64,000 nucleotides of DNA from Sedimentisphaerales bacterium (GTDB lineage Bacteria > Planctomycetota > Phycisphaerae > Sedimentisphaerales > SM23-30): positions 384,001-448,000 of the forward strand of contig CAXXMR010000009.1 of the NCBI GenBank assembly GCA_963663805.2, read 5' to 3'. The position numbers and the translations under genes are program-made. The notes beneath the pieces were generated by a model, which searched no databases, had not been told where the DNA came from, and saw only the letters and a list, made by a program, of their open reading frames with translations. Positions 50,681-60,912 of this stretch are shown piece by piece. Each line of letters starts with the position of its first letter. Within the stretch, counting starts at the first letter, position 1.

Positions 50681-51568
50681 ATGAAGTTGAATTACATCTG
50701 GTTAATACTGTTATGCCCGGCACTTTGTCTGGGTGTAGGTGTGGGTGATTATCCTAAGCTGGTCTATGATATTTATGTGGACGGCAGTACGGATAATCTC
50801 TGGCCGACGGACGCGGCGAGTTATCCGAATCTTTCGGATTGGCTGATTAGTCCGGCGGTTGCCGATAAGTGGTATCCCAAGATTGGCAGTGCGGCTGCTA
50901 TTAACGGTACGGCTTTTCAGGGGTATGGGACCGCTTTGCCGCAGTTGACGATGGCTGTTGATGGTCTGGACATGGCGAAGGTTTACGACGTTTACGGCGT
51001 TTTCTGGGTAAAGAAAAAGTGGACCGGTTCTGAATATTGGTACACTTTGATTGGTATCAGCGGTAATGAGCTGCTGCTGGGTGATTATGACAGTGCGGAT
51101 GTGGTTTTTAACGAAGGTGTTTTCTCCATCCAGGGAGTAGAAAAGTTTCTGGGGCAGGTCAGCGGTGTTGAGTCGTTTACGGTCGATATTGACGGGCCTG
51201 AGACGGACTGGCTTTCGCGGGCGTGGTTTGACGGTATCGCTTTGGTAGAAGCCAAGGTCGATAGTGTTATGCCGACGGTCGGTCAGCATGATTACACTAA
51301 TGGTGAGGTGGTTCAGTTGAACGCTTACGATTATGTTGATTGCCCGGAAGTTTGCGTGTTCGAACGTTGGGTTGGTGATGTGACTGACCCTTACCTGCCC
51401 CAGACAACTGTTATTATGGACGGGCCGAAGACCGTTACCGCGGTGTTTAACTACTTTGAAGGAGCGGCCTGCGGTGATTTATGTCATCCGATTCTGCCGG
51501 GTGATGTGAATGATGATTGTATGGTCGATTTGATGGATTTAGCGATAATGGCCAAGGATTGGTTTTGA
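50681..51568 (+). CDS. Secreted protein: shared passenger domain + InlB B-repeat-like domain + dockerin-like domain
   Basis: WYPKIGSAAAINGTAFQGYGTALPQLT, FERWVGD...TTVIMDGPKTVTAVF, GDVNDDCMVDLMDLAIMAKDW. Confidence 0.8.
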   Translation: MKLNYIWLILLCPALCLGVGVGDYPKLVYDIYVDGSTDNLWPTDAASYPNLSDWLISPAVADKWYPKIGSAAAINGTAFQGYGTALPQLTMAVDGLDMAKVYDVYGVFWVKKKWTGSEYWYTLIGISGNELLLGDYDSADVVFNEGVFSIQGVEKFLGQVSGVESFTVDIDGPETDWLSRAWFDGIALVEAKVDSVMPTVGQHDYTNGEVVQLNAYDYVDCPEVCVFERWVGDVTDPYLPQTTVIMDGPKTVTAVFNYFEGAACGDLCHPILPGDVNDDCMVDLMDLAIMAKDWF

Positions 51569-51644
51569 GTTAAGAAATAAGACGTAAGTGTACGGCTACG
51601 AGTAAGCGATTAAGGCAGGCAAAAGAAATATAGAAGGTTTATTG

Positions 51645-53686
51645 ATGAGTAAAACCAGAATGATTATCGGTATGTTGGTTGGTTTGCTGCTGGCGGGTGG
51701 GGCAGGTGCTGAGCGTTTGAATGTTCAGACGACGCTGGGGCAGACACCGTTCAAGCTGCATAATGAGACTCTGAGCTCGCAGGAGAAGATGGGGATTATC
51801 TTGCGGATGGCTGAGGATTTTGTGGGTTATGCCGAGACGCACGATATATATTTTGCCAGTGACGAATATGAGGCCTGCGGTGGGTATTTCAATGCCTCTG
51901 GTCATGGGGTCGCGTGGGGGCGCGGGGGCAGTAATCTTTCTATGGTCTATGCGGTATTGCTGAGTGAGCAGCCTTCGCGGCAGGTTTTTACGAAGCACGA
52001 TATTTCGCGCAGTCAGTTGGTGAATCATCTGGAGAATCATCTGCGTTCGATGTGTATGGCGAACAAGAACTGTTCACGTTATATCGAGGCTAGCCATACT
52101 TGGGGCGGGCCGGCGTGGCAGACTTCGCTGGATTTTCTGGGGCGGCGTGGGCGTCGCATCTGATGGAAAGCGAATTGAGTGCTGATACTCTGGCTTTGAC
52201 ACAGGAAATTATAACGCTGGAAGCTGATAATCTGGATAAGACCATACCCAGCGGGACGCCGGGTGATACTCGAAGTGAAGATTGCTGCTGGAACGCGCCG
52301 TTTCTGGCGTTTGCGGCGAATAAGTTTGCCAGTGACCCGCGGGCGTCAAACTGGGATTATCTGGCCAAGAAATGGGCGATGAACGCGGTTAGCACGCCGG
52401 AAGACGCTACCTGTACGGATTTGGTTGATGGTGTGGCGGTGCAGGACTGGATTTGTACGGAGAATCTGTTTTCTGATTTAACTTTGGAGAACCACGGGTT
52501 CTGGAGTATTGGCTATCAGGTTCAGATGATGATGATGGCGGACGGCGAGCTGGCTTATCTGTTGTTTGGCAATTCGGTGCCGGAGGCGTTTTATTATCAT
52601 GCTGACGATATGTGGGAAGATGTTGGTTTGCCGGTAAGTATGCGTGACGGCGATTATCTTTACGCATCGGGTCAGGACTGGTACTGGAAGACTTATACTC
52701 AGACGGAATATTTCGCTCGGCAGTTCCTCTGTCGGGGTAATTCGGGGGCGGCGGCATTCGAGAGCCGGTCTTTGCAGATGGCTTATTTGCGTCAGCGTTC
52801 GAACGGGATGGGGGATATGAGCTATGATTTTGGCACCTCTACTGTGGGTTTGCGTCGGAATATGATGGTTTATATGCTGCACAAGCATTGGCCTAACAGT
52901 GCCAAACGTAAATATGACGAGATGGCGGTGGCGGAAGCTTCGCAGTATGGCGTTTATGATTTTCCGTATGTGAAAGTCGGTGTGCATCGCACGAGCCAGA
53001 AGCTGGTCTCGGTTTCGTGGCATCAGGATGCTGGTCGTGAGCCGATTTATGTTATTCCTGACCGAGGTGATATGTTTACGGACCCGCCTTTGAATATTAC
53101 TTACAATAATATGTCAGGTAACGCGGCGGTTAGTGTTAGTTCGGGCGGAGCTTCGCAGACAATGTCGATTGTGCCGGGGGTGGTAACCGAAGACAGCGGC
53201 AGTATGACGGTTCGTTATCAGCGTAAGTGGGGCAGTGCGGTGACTCAGTATGTCACGGTGGTTTCGCTGAGTGATGAGGCGACTGTTTATCTTACTCATT
53301 TCAAGGCGGAGGCTGCGTCGTCGGTTTCGGTGGGGCCTTTGTTTCCGGTATATCCCGATTTTGCTGAAGGGTTCAATGACAAGACGTTTGAGCAGTTCCG
53401 GGGCGAAAAGTGGCTTAATATAAACGATTGTATGGGTTTTGTTTCGCCGGTTGATTTGCCGTCGGCTATTGCGGTCAATAAGTTTGTATTGAAAAACTCG
53501 GCCAGCTATAGTGTCGCGGCGGGTGAGTGGTTCAGTCCGGCGGCGGTGGTGGTTTATGTATATCAGGGACATACGGTAACCGAATCTCTGAAGGACAGTG
53601 CGGTTTATGGCACACCGACGACGGATGGTGATTTGGTTCTGGATATAACGAGTTCGACAGGTAATCATCAGGTGAGTTTGTTTTAG
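51645..53686 (+). pseudogene. Uncharacterised secreted alpha-helical + beta-rich protein (possible lyase-like fold), split by a 1-nt frameshift near 52140
   Basis: ORFs 51642-52163 and 52100-53686 join as WQTSLDFLGAAWASHL if one G is added to G4. Signal peptide and NL..D.TLENHG motif present. Confidence 0.65.
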
Positions 53687-53767
53687 AATGTGAAGATGGA
53701 GGCCTGCGGGCAAGGTCGAGATGTTCTTTAGGATGGAGGATGTCGCCGAAATCATAGAAAGTTTTTT

Positions 53768-55947
53768 ATGTTGAGTCGGGTAATGGTTTTAATGGGGTGT
53801 CTGGTGCTGTCGGCAGGCGGTGCCGAGGGCCGGCCTTTATCCGAGCCGTTTGGGTGGTTCAGTATTCCGGTGGTGGGGATTACTGAGGTTCTGCCGACGT
53901 GTGACGGGGTTTACGCTCAGTATAAAGGGACGATCGCTTATAAGAACAAGCTGGCTTTTGAGCGGCTGGAATTTGATTTGTCTTTTCATTATCGCGGGGG
54001 CGGGGCGACGCGGTTTTGTTTCAGTTTGATAAGGAGCGGCGGGACAGCAGTATAAACGACCATCATCTGCATCATCTGGGGTTCTATAATCGGGGCTATG
54101 GTCTTTTGTTTGATTCGGACGGTTCGGCAGCGGTGGTGAAGACCGAGGAGTTTGGCAAAAAAGATGAGCTGCTGAAACTGACAGGTGAATTTGATTATTC
54201 GGTGCCGGTTCATGTTTGCATTACTCAGCAAAGGCGGGGGGATGAGCTGGTCATTTCGGTAGAGCTGGGCGATTCGGGGGTTGTCGAGACGGTAAGCGAT
54301 AAGCTCACCGAGGGGTTTGACGACAGCGGTTATATTGGTTTGACGGTTTTCTTTGGTCGCAGCAGTGTCGCGCTGAAGAATATCTCGGTTGAGGGGCGGC
54401 AGTATCGTACCGACCTGGGGCAGAAGCCGCGGGCGTTGTATCTGGCGGATTATTTTGAATGTGAGGGGCGGCGGCTGGTACATTGGCGCTATGATGAATG
54501 GACGACAGATTATCAGAAGGTGCTGATAAAGTCACCTGATGGTCAGATTCTTGATATTTTACCTTATCCTCAGGATACCTGGACCGTGCCGTCTGGTTAT
54601 GACCGGAGCGCGGTGGTTTTGTGTGTGACCAATGTCGATGGCCGAGTCAGTGAGCCGGTTCAGGTGCGTTTGCAAGATGACCACGCGGATTATTTTGCCG
54701 AAGGCGGGATGGAACGGGTGCTTTTACGGAAAACCGAGCGGGGCGGACGGTTCTATCTGAAGGATTCGGGGCATGATTTTGTGGTTAAAGGGGTGAATTA
54801 TGTGCGGTTGCGTTATGGCGACCATTGCACGTTTGAGGCAGACACAGCGAACGGGCCGAGCTGTTATGACCCTTATGACGCTGAGAGTATGTTCAAACTG
54901 CTGAAGAAGTATGGCTATAATACGGTGCGGGTTTTTGTGGTGGGGCGGAACCTGGATAATCCGGGAGTTTCGGGCGATTACGATAATGAAGGCCTTTATG
55001 GGCCTTATATGGCGAATTTTATTGATTTTGTGGAGCGGGCCCGGAAATATGGAATTTATGTTTTTCCGACTTTCTGCGATGGTGAGCTTCCGCGTAACAA
55101 GCGTTACTGGGATATTATTAAGGATGCCAGAGAGGGGTTGCGGCTGGACGATGTTACGCATCGGACGCATAACGCGGTTTACGCTACGGTTGAAGGACAC
55201 CGGGCACGGGCTTTGTATTTGCAGGATTTTTTGAATTATCTCAAGGCGAAAGATGCCTCACTGTTGACCTCGCTTTTGGCGGTGCAGTGTCAGAATGAGC
55301 TTTCGATGAAGGGGACGCAATGGCCTTTCGATATTACCGAAGGGGAATTCAAAGGGCCGGACGGCAAGGCCTATAATATGGGCCGCGATGATGAGCGGCA
55401 GAAACTTTATGAGAATATTTTCGCGTGCTATCATCAGGCGATGGTTGAGGCGATTGATGCGGTCGATTCGGAAATTTTGGTGGGCGAGGGGATTTTTGTT
55501 CCCCGGATAGTGGGCAAGGATTATGATGGCGCTAATTACGGTATCCGTAATCTTGATGAGTCGTCTGACCGGTGCCCGCCCAAGGCGTCGCTGCTTTTGG
55601 GCAGTGAGCTGGATTTTGTAGATATACATATTTACTATGTTGACAAGGAATGCGATTTAGCCGAGAGCTATAAGCGAGATATGGTTTCGACTGGGCTTTA
55701 TAGTGATGCCATGAAGGAGATTTTGCAGAGCAAGGCATTTTTCATGGGTGAGTTTGGCTCGTTTAAGTTTATGGCAGAGAGTTTTGGGCAGGCCAAGTGT
55801 GATATTCTGGCTACGCGTGATTTGGCGCTGAATGACGGGGCCCACGGATTTATGATTTGGACCTTTGATACCTTTGAACAGCGGGGGCTTTGGCACGCGA
55901 TGGAAGATGAGAAGTTTTTGAAAGAGCTTAACGATACTATTAAATAG
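53768..55947 (+). pseudogene. Secreted clan GH-A (GH5-like) glycoside hydrolase with N-terminal accessory domains, frameshift near 54003
   Basis: Signal peptide in ORF 53768, which joins GDAVLFQFDK at a G-run. Catalytic domain has VKGVNY, GYNTVRVF, QNE, DIHIY, MGEFG and IWT. Confidence 0.7.
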
Positions 55948-55969
55948 TTTTGTGGTTTGGAGTGAATGG

Positions 55970-58894
55970 ATGCTTAACAGATTTAGAATGATTTTGGCGG
56001 TCTTATTGTTTGCGGCAGGCGGAGCCTGGGCGGATGGTTTGTATAAAAGTACTTTGGGTAGTGCCTCTGACGAGATCATTTATACTGATGTTGATAATGA
56101 CGGCGACGCCGATGTATTGGAGCGGTGGTGGAACGGCAAGCGGTGTCGCTGGTTTGACGAAAATGACGATATGACCCGTTTTGATAAGCTGGGCGATTTG
56201 GTTTCGGATTGTGTCCAGGTTGATATGGACGGGGACGGGGTTTATGACGGAGCGGTGGATTTGTCGGTGAAGTGGGCGGATAATGACGGCGACGGACGGA
56301 GCGATATGCAGATTGTGGTAATCAATCCGCAGGTGGGTAAAGAAAAGAAGTTCGGCGGAGCGGCTCATTACATGGTCTTTGATGATACCGACCGTGATAA
56401 TGTGATGGTGTATTTTGACTGGTCTAAGTTTGATTTTCTGTGCTGGCGAAATACCGGTCGGTGTGATTTTTCTGCGGATTATAACGGTGATTCGATCTTT
56501 CTAAAGGCTCACATGGCACCGTTTGGTTTGAGTGACGCTCGTTTGAACTGGGAGAATCCGTTCGCTTTTTATGATATGGACGATGATGGTTGTACGGAGA
56601 TGTCCGTGCGTCTTATCGATAATCCGCTGTGCAATGCAAAGCTCGACAGCGCGTATATTTCGTATGACCTGGATAACGACAGTCAGCGTGATAATGAGAT
56701 GGACTATGACCTTACGCTGCGTTTTGAGAAAAACGAGGAGTTTGATTACAGCAAATACGTGAACAAATATCCTGACATCAGAGCCCCCAAGTGGGTTCCG
56801 AAGTATTTTCAGCGGCCTGAATGGCGGGTTATTGATGAGTTGATTTATGTGCCGCATGACAAATGTTATGAGGAGGCGTTTGGGGTTGACTGGGAGAGGT
56901 GCTATCTAACCTTCGATGAGGATGATGATGACCATCGCTGGGAACGGGTCGAGCTTTATTATCCGAACGACCCGTATGCGCTGCGGGGCAAGAATTCTTA
57001 TGAGGCGTCCCGGCAGGGCAGTTCAACGCCGATGAATATTCATCCGCAGAGCGATTCTTTGGGTGACAGGGGTGAATTTGACAAAGATAACAGCGGCAGG
57101 GGCAAGCTCTATATCAGCAAGTGGGATGGCCGGATTCATCTTTACGGGGCGGAATGGGGCAGTTGGGCGCTGGATTCAGAAGGTAAGTATTTCGGAGCGG
57201 TTGCAACGCCGCAGGTCAGCTCGCCGGAAATGGCTAAAGAGCTTGAAGCGGTAGTGATGTATTATGATACGGACCAGAACGGCTTTTTTGATTTGGTGGA
57301 GTTTGACTATGACGCTGACAGAGTGGCTGATTTGTCGGTTTCTCTGCTGGACTATGGCACGGATGAGTTTGAGCTGATTGACCCAGCGGCGGAGAAGTGG
57401 CTGGGGCTTCATGAGATATTCAAAAAGAATGCCGTGCGGTCGTGGGCTGAGGCCTGCGGGCTTTACCGGGCTTTCTGGCGGAAGGGTCTTTCGGGCAAGA
57501 GTATCGATGACTTGGCGTTCGCGTCCTCGACCTGGGAGAAGTATTTCCACGGGGCGAAACTGAAAGAAGCGATATTCAGAGCGTTGGCGGAAAACCTTAA
57601 AGCGGACCCGGAGAATTTGTGGCAATTGATGAAATATTATTTCAGCGGTGATTTCGCGGGGATGGAAAAGTGGCTTTTAGGGCTCGACTTTAGCGATAGT
57701 CTGGGCTCGGCGTTTCTGTTCAACGTGAAAAATCCACTGGCAATCGAGCGTAAGGATGAGCTGGTTTCGATACCGCTCAATCAGTTGCGGAATCTGGATA
57801 CGGATTCTTTTGTGGTATATGCCAAAGGTAAAGTTTGGCCCAGCCAGCTTGACGACACTGATTTTGACGGGATTGCGGACGCGGTAGTTTTTCTGCTGGA
57901 TATGGAGGCTGACGAGAGTGTTGAAGTTACCGTAAATAATACTGACAAGCCGACGGCGAGCCTGCGTCGGGCTCACGCGGAGATTTCGATTCAAACGAAA
58001 ATGCCGGAAGCGGCAGGCACTGGTAAGCTTGTGGACGGCGGGGCGTTTAAGTCGAAGACATACCTGTTCCGTATGCCGGATAATCAAAGTTCAGCGTATC
58101 GTTATGAAGGACCGCTAATCGAATCTGATAAGGTCGCTTATCGTTTGTACTGGGATTCGCGCGGGGCGATAGATGTTTTCGGCAAGGTCCGTGAGGCTTT
58201 TCTGGGTGATGCTCATACGCATAAGGCCAGTCATCATACGATGCAGAGCTGGGGGCGTGATTTGCTGCATAACGGGTCGGCGTTAGGTGTCGGTGGTTTG
58301 GGTATTGGCGTTGACGATAAGCGTTTCAGTCCCGGCCGGGCAAAATCAGCCAGAATTATTATCGGGACGGATGGCCCCATCAAGAGCAGCTATCGGATGG
58401 TTTACGAGGGTTTTGAATATAAAGGCAAGAGCTATAGTTTGACGTGGGATATTTCCATGTCAGCGGGCCAGCGGTATCTGAGTCATGTGGTGACGGTAAC
58501 AGAGGGCGGGGCGTTGGATATGATGGCGGCCCTGACAAATCATTCTGATGAGCATGATGCGGTTGAGGTGCATGGCTTGGATAACAAGGCCGGCCTGAAC
58601 TGGTTTGGCACTTACGGTGACCAGGTTTTTGACGATGAAGATAAGTCCAAGGCGGCGGTCAGTACGGAGCAGATGGGGTTGGCCTTGCTTTGGGATGCTA
58701 AGAAGGCAGCTAAGGCAGAGGAAACTGATTTGGAATATCGGGTGCTGTTCAAACCGGCACAGGAAGTCAGATATTATTCGTTGGCGGCATATAATCAGGA
58801 GTTTGGTGATGACGCCATTAAAGACGCAGGGCAGTTTAAGGCTTATTTGCAGAACCTGGCGGATAAGCTGGCCAGCCCGGTATTGCTAAAATAA
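55970..58894 (+). CDS. Secreted protein with N-terminal DxDxDG-rich region and C-terminal DUF4861-like domain
   Basis: Signal peptide, at least six DxDxDG-type motifs; C-terminal V.NP....R.DE.V, SQLDD.D.DG..D and EGP..ESDKVAYRLY.D.R..IDVFGK. Confidence 0.7.
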   Translation: MLNRFRMILAVLLFAAGGAWADGLYKSTLGSASDEIIYTDVDNDGDADVLERWWNGKRCRWFDENDDMTRFDKLGDLVSDCVQVDMDGDGVYDGAVDLSVKWADNDGDGRSDMQIVVINPQVGKEKKFGGAAHYMVFDDTDRDNVMVYFDWSKFDFLCWRNTGRCDFSADYNGDSIFLKAHMAPFGLSDARLNWENPFAFYDMDDDGCTEMSVRLIDNPLCNAKLDSAYISYDLDNDSQRDNEMDYDLTLRFEKNEEFDYSKYVNKYPDIRAPKWVPKYFQRPEWRVIDELIYVPHDKCYEEAFGVDWERCYLTFDEDDDDHRWERVELYYPNDPYALRGKNSYEASRQGSSTPMNIHPQSDSLGDRGEFDKDNSGRGKLYISKWDGRIHLYGAEWGSWALDSEGKYFGAVATPQVSSPEMAKELEAVVMYYDTDQNGFFDLVEFDYDADRVADLSVSLLDYGTDEFELIDPAAEKWLGLHEIFKKNAVRSWAEACGLYRAFWRKGLSGKSIDDLAFASSTWEKYFHGAKLKEAIFRALAENLKADPENLWQLMKYYFSGDFAGMEKWLLGLDFSDSLGSAFLFNVKNPLAIERKDELVSIPLNQLRNLDTDSFVVYAKGKVWPSQLDDTDFDGIADAVVFLLDMEADESVEVTVNNTDKPTASLRRAHAEISIQTKMPEAAGTGKLVDGGAFKSKTYLFRMPDNQSSAYRYEGPLIESDKVAYRLYWDSRGAIDVFGKVREAFLGDAHTHKASHHTMQSWGRDLLHNGSALGVGGLGIGVDDKRFSPGRAKSARIIIGTDGPIKSSYRMVYEGFEYKGKSYSLTWDISMSAGQRYLSHVVTVTEGGALDMMAALTNHSDEHDAVEVHGLDNKAGLNWFGTYGDQVFDDEDKSKAAVSTEQMGLALLWDAKKAAKAEETDLEYRVLFKPAQEVRYYSLAAYNQEFGDDAIKDAGQFKAYLQNLADKLASPVLLK

Positions 58895-59029
58895 TTTTCA
58901 GGTTGAGTAATAGTTGGCAAGGGCCATTTTAGGAGTTTTGTTATGAAGACCATGGAGCGAATTACAAAATTTGCATCAGGGACGAAAAGGGAAGTATCCA
59001 TGGACGGTCTGGGTGCGGTGTTGGAGAAT

Positions 59030-59869
59030 ATGGCAGTGGAATCACGGATTGCCCCTGACCCGGTACGGTTCGAGAGAATGACAACGGAAGAAATCCGCAA
59101 CGATTTTCTGGTTGATAAGCTCTTTGGGCCGGACATGATACCGGTGATATATTCAGATGTCGACCGCGTAGTGATCGCTTCAGCGGTGCCGGTCAAGCAG
59201 GCATTGCTGCTGGGGTGTCCGCCTCAGTTGGCAAGTAAGTATTTCGCACAGCGGCGTGAGCTGGGCATTATCAATGTGGGCGGAGTCGGCAAGGTTTCGG
59301 TTGACGGCAGGATTTACGATATGGACACGAAAGACTGTCTGTATATTTCCCGTGGTCATAAAGAGATTGCTTTCGCCAGCGTGGACGTGACAGAGCCAGC
59401 CCGGTTTTATATGGTGAGTTATCCCGCCCACAAAGAGTACGCCACTACGCTCATGAAGCAGAAAGACGCTACGCCGGTCAATCTGGGTGATGAAAATAAT
59501 TCCAATAAACGCACGATTTACAAATATATTTATCCGGACGGCACCAGGAGTTGTCAACTGGTGATGGGCTTGACCGAACTCACGCCGGGCAGTGTCTGGA
59601 ACACCATGCCGGTGCATACCCATGCCCGGCGGACGGAAGTTTATATGTATTTCAATATCGACAAGGATAAGGATTGTGTGTTCCATTATATGGGCAAACC
59701 GGACAGCACTAAGCATGTGGTGGTTCGGAATGAGCAGGCGGTTATTTCCCCGAGCTGGTCGATTCATGCCGGGGTTGGTACGCGGAATTACTCGTTTATC
59801 TGGGCAATGGGCGGCGAGAATCAGGATTTCGACGATATGGACGGCGTGGCAATGCGGGATTTGAAATAA
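59030..59869 (+). CDS. kduI: 5-dehydro-4-deoxy-D-glucuronate isomerase
   Basis: GGAG RBS; RRELGIINVGG, SCQLVMGLT.L..GSVWNTMP.HTH.RR.EVY.YF, SPSWSIH.G.GT..YSFIW.MGGEN. Confidence 0.95.
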   Translation: MAVESRIAPDPVRFERMTTEEIRNDFLVDKLFGPDMIPVIYSDVDRVVIASAVPVKQALLLGCPPQLASKYFAQRRELGIINVGGVGKVSVDGRIYDMDTKDCLYISRGHKEIAFASVDVTEPARFYMVSYPAHKEYATTLMKQKDATPVNLGDENNSNKRTIYKYIYPDGTRSCQLVMGLTELTPGSVWNTMPVHTHARRTEVYMYFNIDKDKDCVFHYMGKPDSTKHVVVRNEQAVISPSWSIHAGVGTRNYSFIWAMGGENQDFDDMDGVAMRDLK

Positions 59870-59894
59870 ATTTTAGACGAAAAAGGATTTTAAA

Positions 59895-60656
59895 ATGATA
59901 TTGGATTTATTCAAACTTGACAATAAAGTCGCGATTGTAACCGGTTCGGGCCGGGGGCTCGGCCAGGGACTCGCCCTTGGTCTGGCAGAAGCCGGGGCGG
60001 ATATTGCTCTGGTCGATGTTATCGATATGTCCGAGACTGCCGCTAAAATCGAGTCACTGGGCAGGAAGGTTGTGCAGATTAACGCTGATTTGAGCGATAA
60101 GGCATGTGTGCCGGAGATTATCAGCAAGACCAAAGACGCTTTGGGTTCGATTGATATACTTTTTAATAACGCGGGGATTATCCGCCGGGCCCCGATTACG
60201 GACTTCACGGAAAAGGACTGGGACGACGTGATGAATATCAATATTCGCACGGTGTTTTTCCTTGCGCAGGCGGTCGCCAAGGTGATGATTGAGCAGGGAC
60301 GCGGCGGCAAAATTGTCAATACCGCCTCGATGCTGAGTTTTCAGGGCGGGGTGTTTGTCCCTTCATATACTGCCTCGAAGAGCGCGATTATGGGTTTGAC
60401 AAAGCTGCTGGCTAACGAACTTACCACTCATAATATCAATGTAAACGCTATCGCTCCGGGCTATATGGCTACTGATAATACCGCGGCACTGCGGGCGGAC
60501 GAAAAGCGTAACGCTGAAATTCTGAGCAGGATACCCGCCGGCAGATGGGGGACACCCCAAGACCTCAAGGGAACAGCGGTATTTCTGGCTTCGCAGGCTT
60601 CGGATTACGTAACCGGTTATACCGTGGCGGTTGATGGGGGTTGGCTGTCGCGGTAA
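59895..60656 (+). CDS. kduD: 2-dehydro-3-deoxy-D-gluconate 5-dehydrogenase
   Basis: TGSGRGLG, NNAGIIRR, ASMLSFQGG..VPSYTASK, NAIAPGYMATDNT, AVDGGWL; follows kduI. Confidence 0.93.
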   Translation: MILDLFKLDNKVAIVTGSGRGLGQGLALGLAEAGADIALVDVIDMSETAAKIESLGRKVVQINADLSDKACVPEIISKTKDALGSIDILFNNAGIIRRAPITDFTEKDWDDVMNINIRTVFFLAQAVAKVMIEQGRGGKIVNTASMLSFQGGVFVPSYTASKSAIMGLTKLLANELTTHNINVNAIAPGYMATDNTAALRADEKRNAEILSRIPAGRWGTPQDLKGTAVFLASQASDYVTGYTVAVDGGWLSR

Positions 60657-60769
60657 GCAGATAACGGCAAAAGTGAATAAAAGCTGCAAACGCGGAGGAT
60701 ATGGCTAATTTGAGCCACGTTCTCCGTGATACAAATATGACTAGGGTGGCAAAAAATATTTGCCGTTAA

Positions 60770-60803
60770 AAATCCGCGTAATCCGTGTAATCCGCGGTTA
60801 AAT
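60770..60803. repeat. Short 9-bp tandem repeat
   Basis: AATCCGCGT-AATCCGTGT-AATCCGCGG in the kduD-GH2 intergenic region. Confidence 0.55.
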
Positions 60804-60912
60804 ATTTTCATTGTCGTTGTGTATAATTTCCAGTTTATCTGGATAATGGGGGCGGTTGGGGCCCGGGATGTCCGATAGTCAAAGTTGAGTTTCGGCATAT
60901 TGGAGTATAGTT

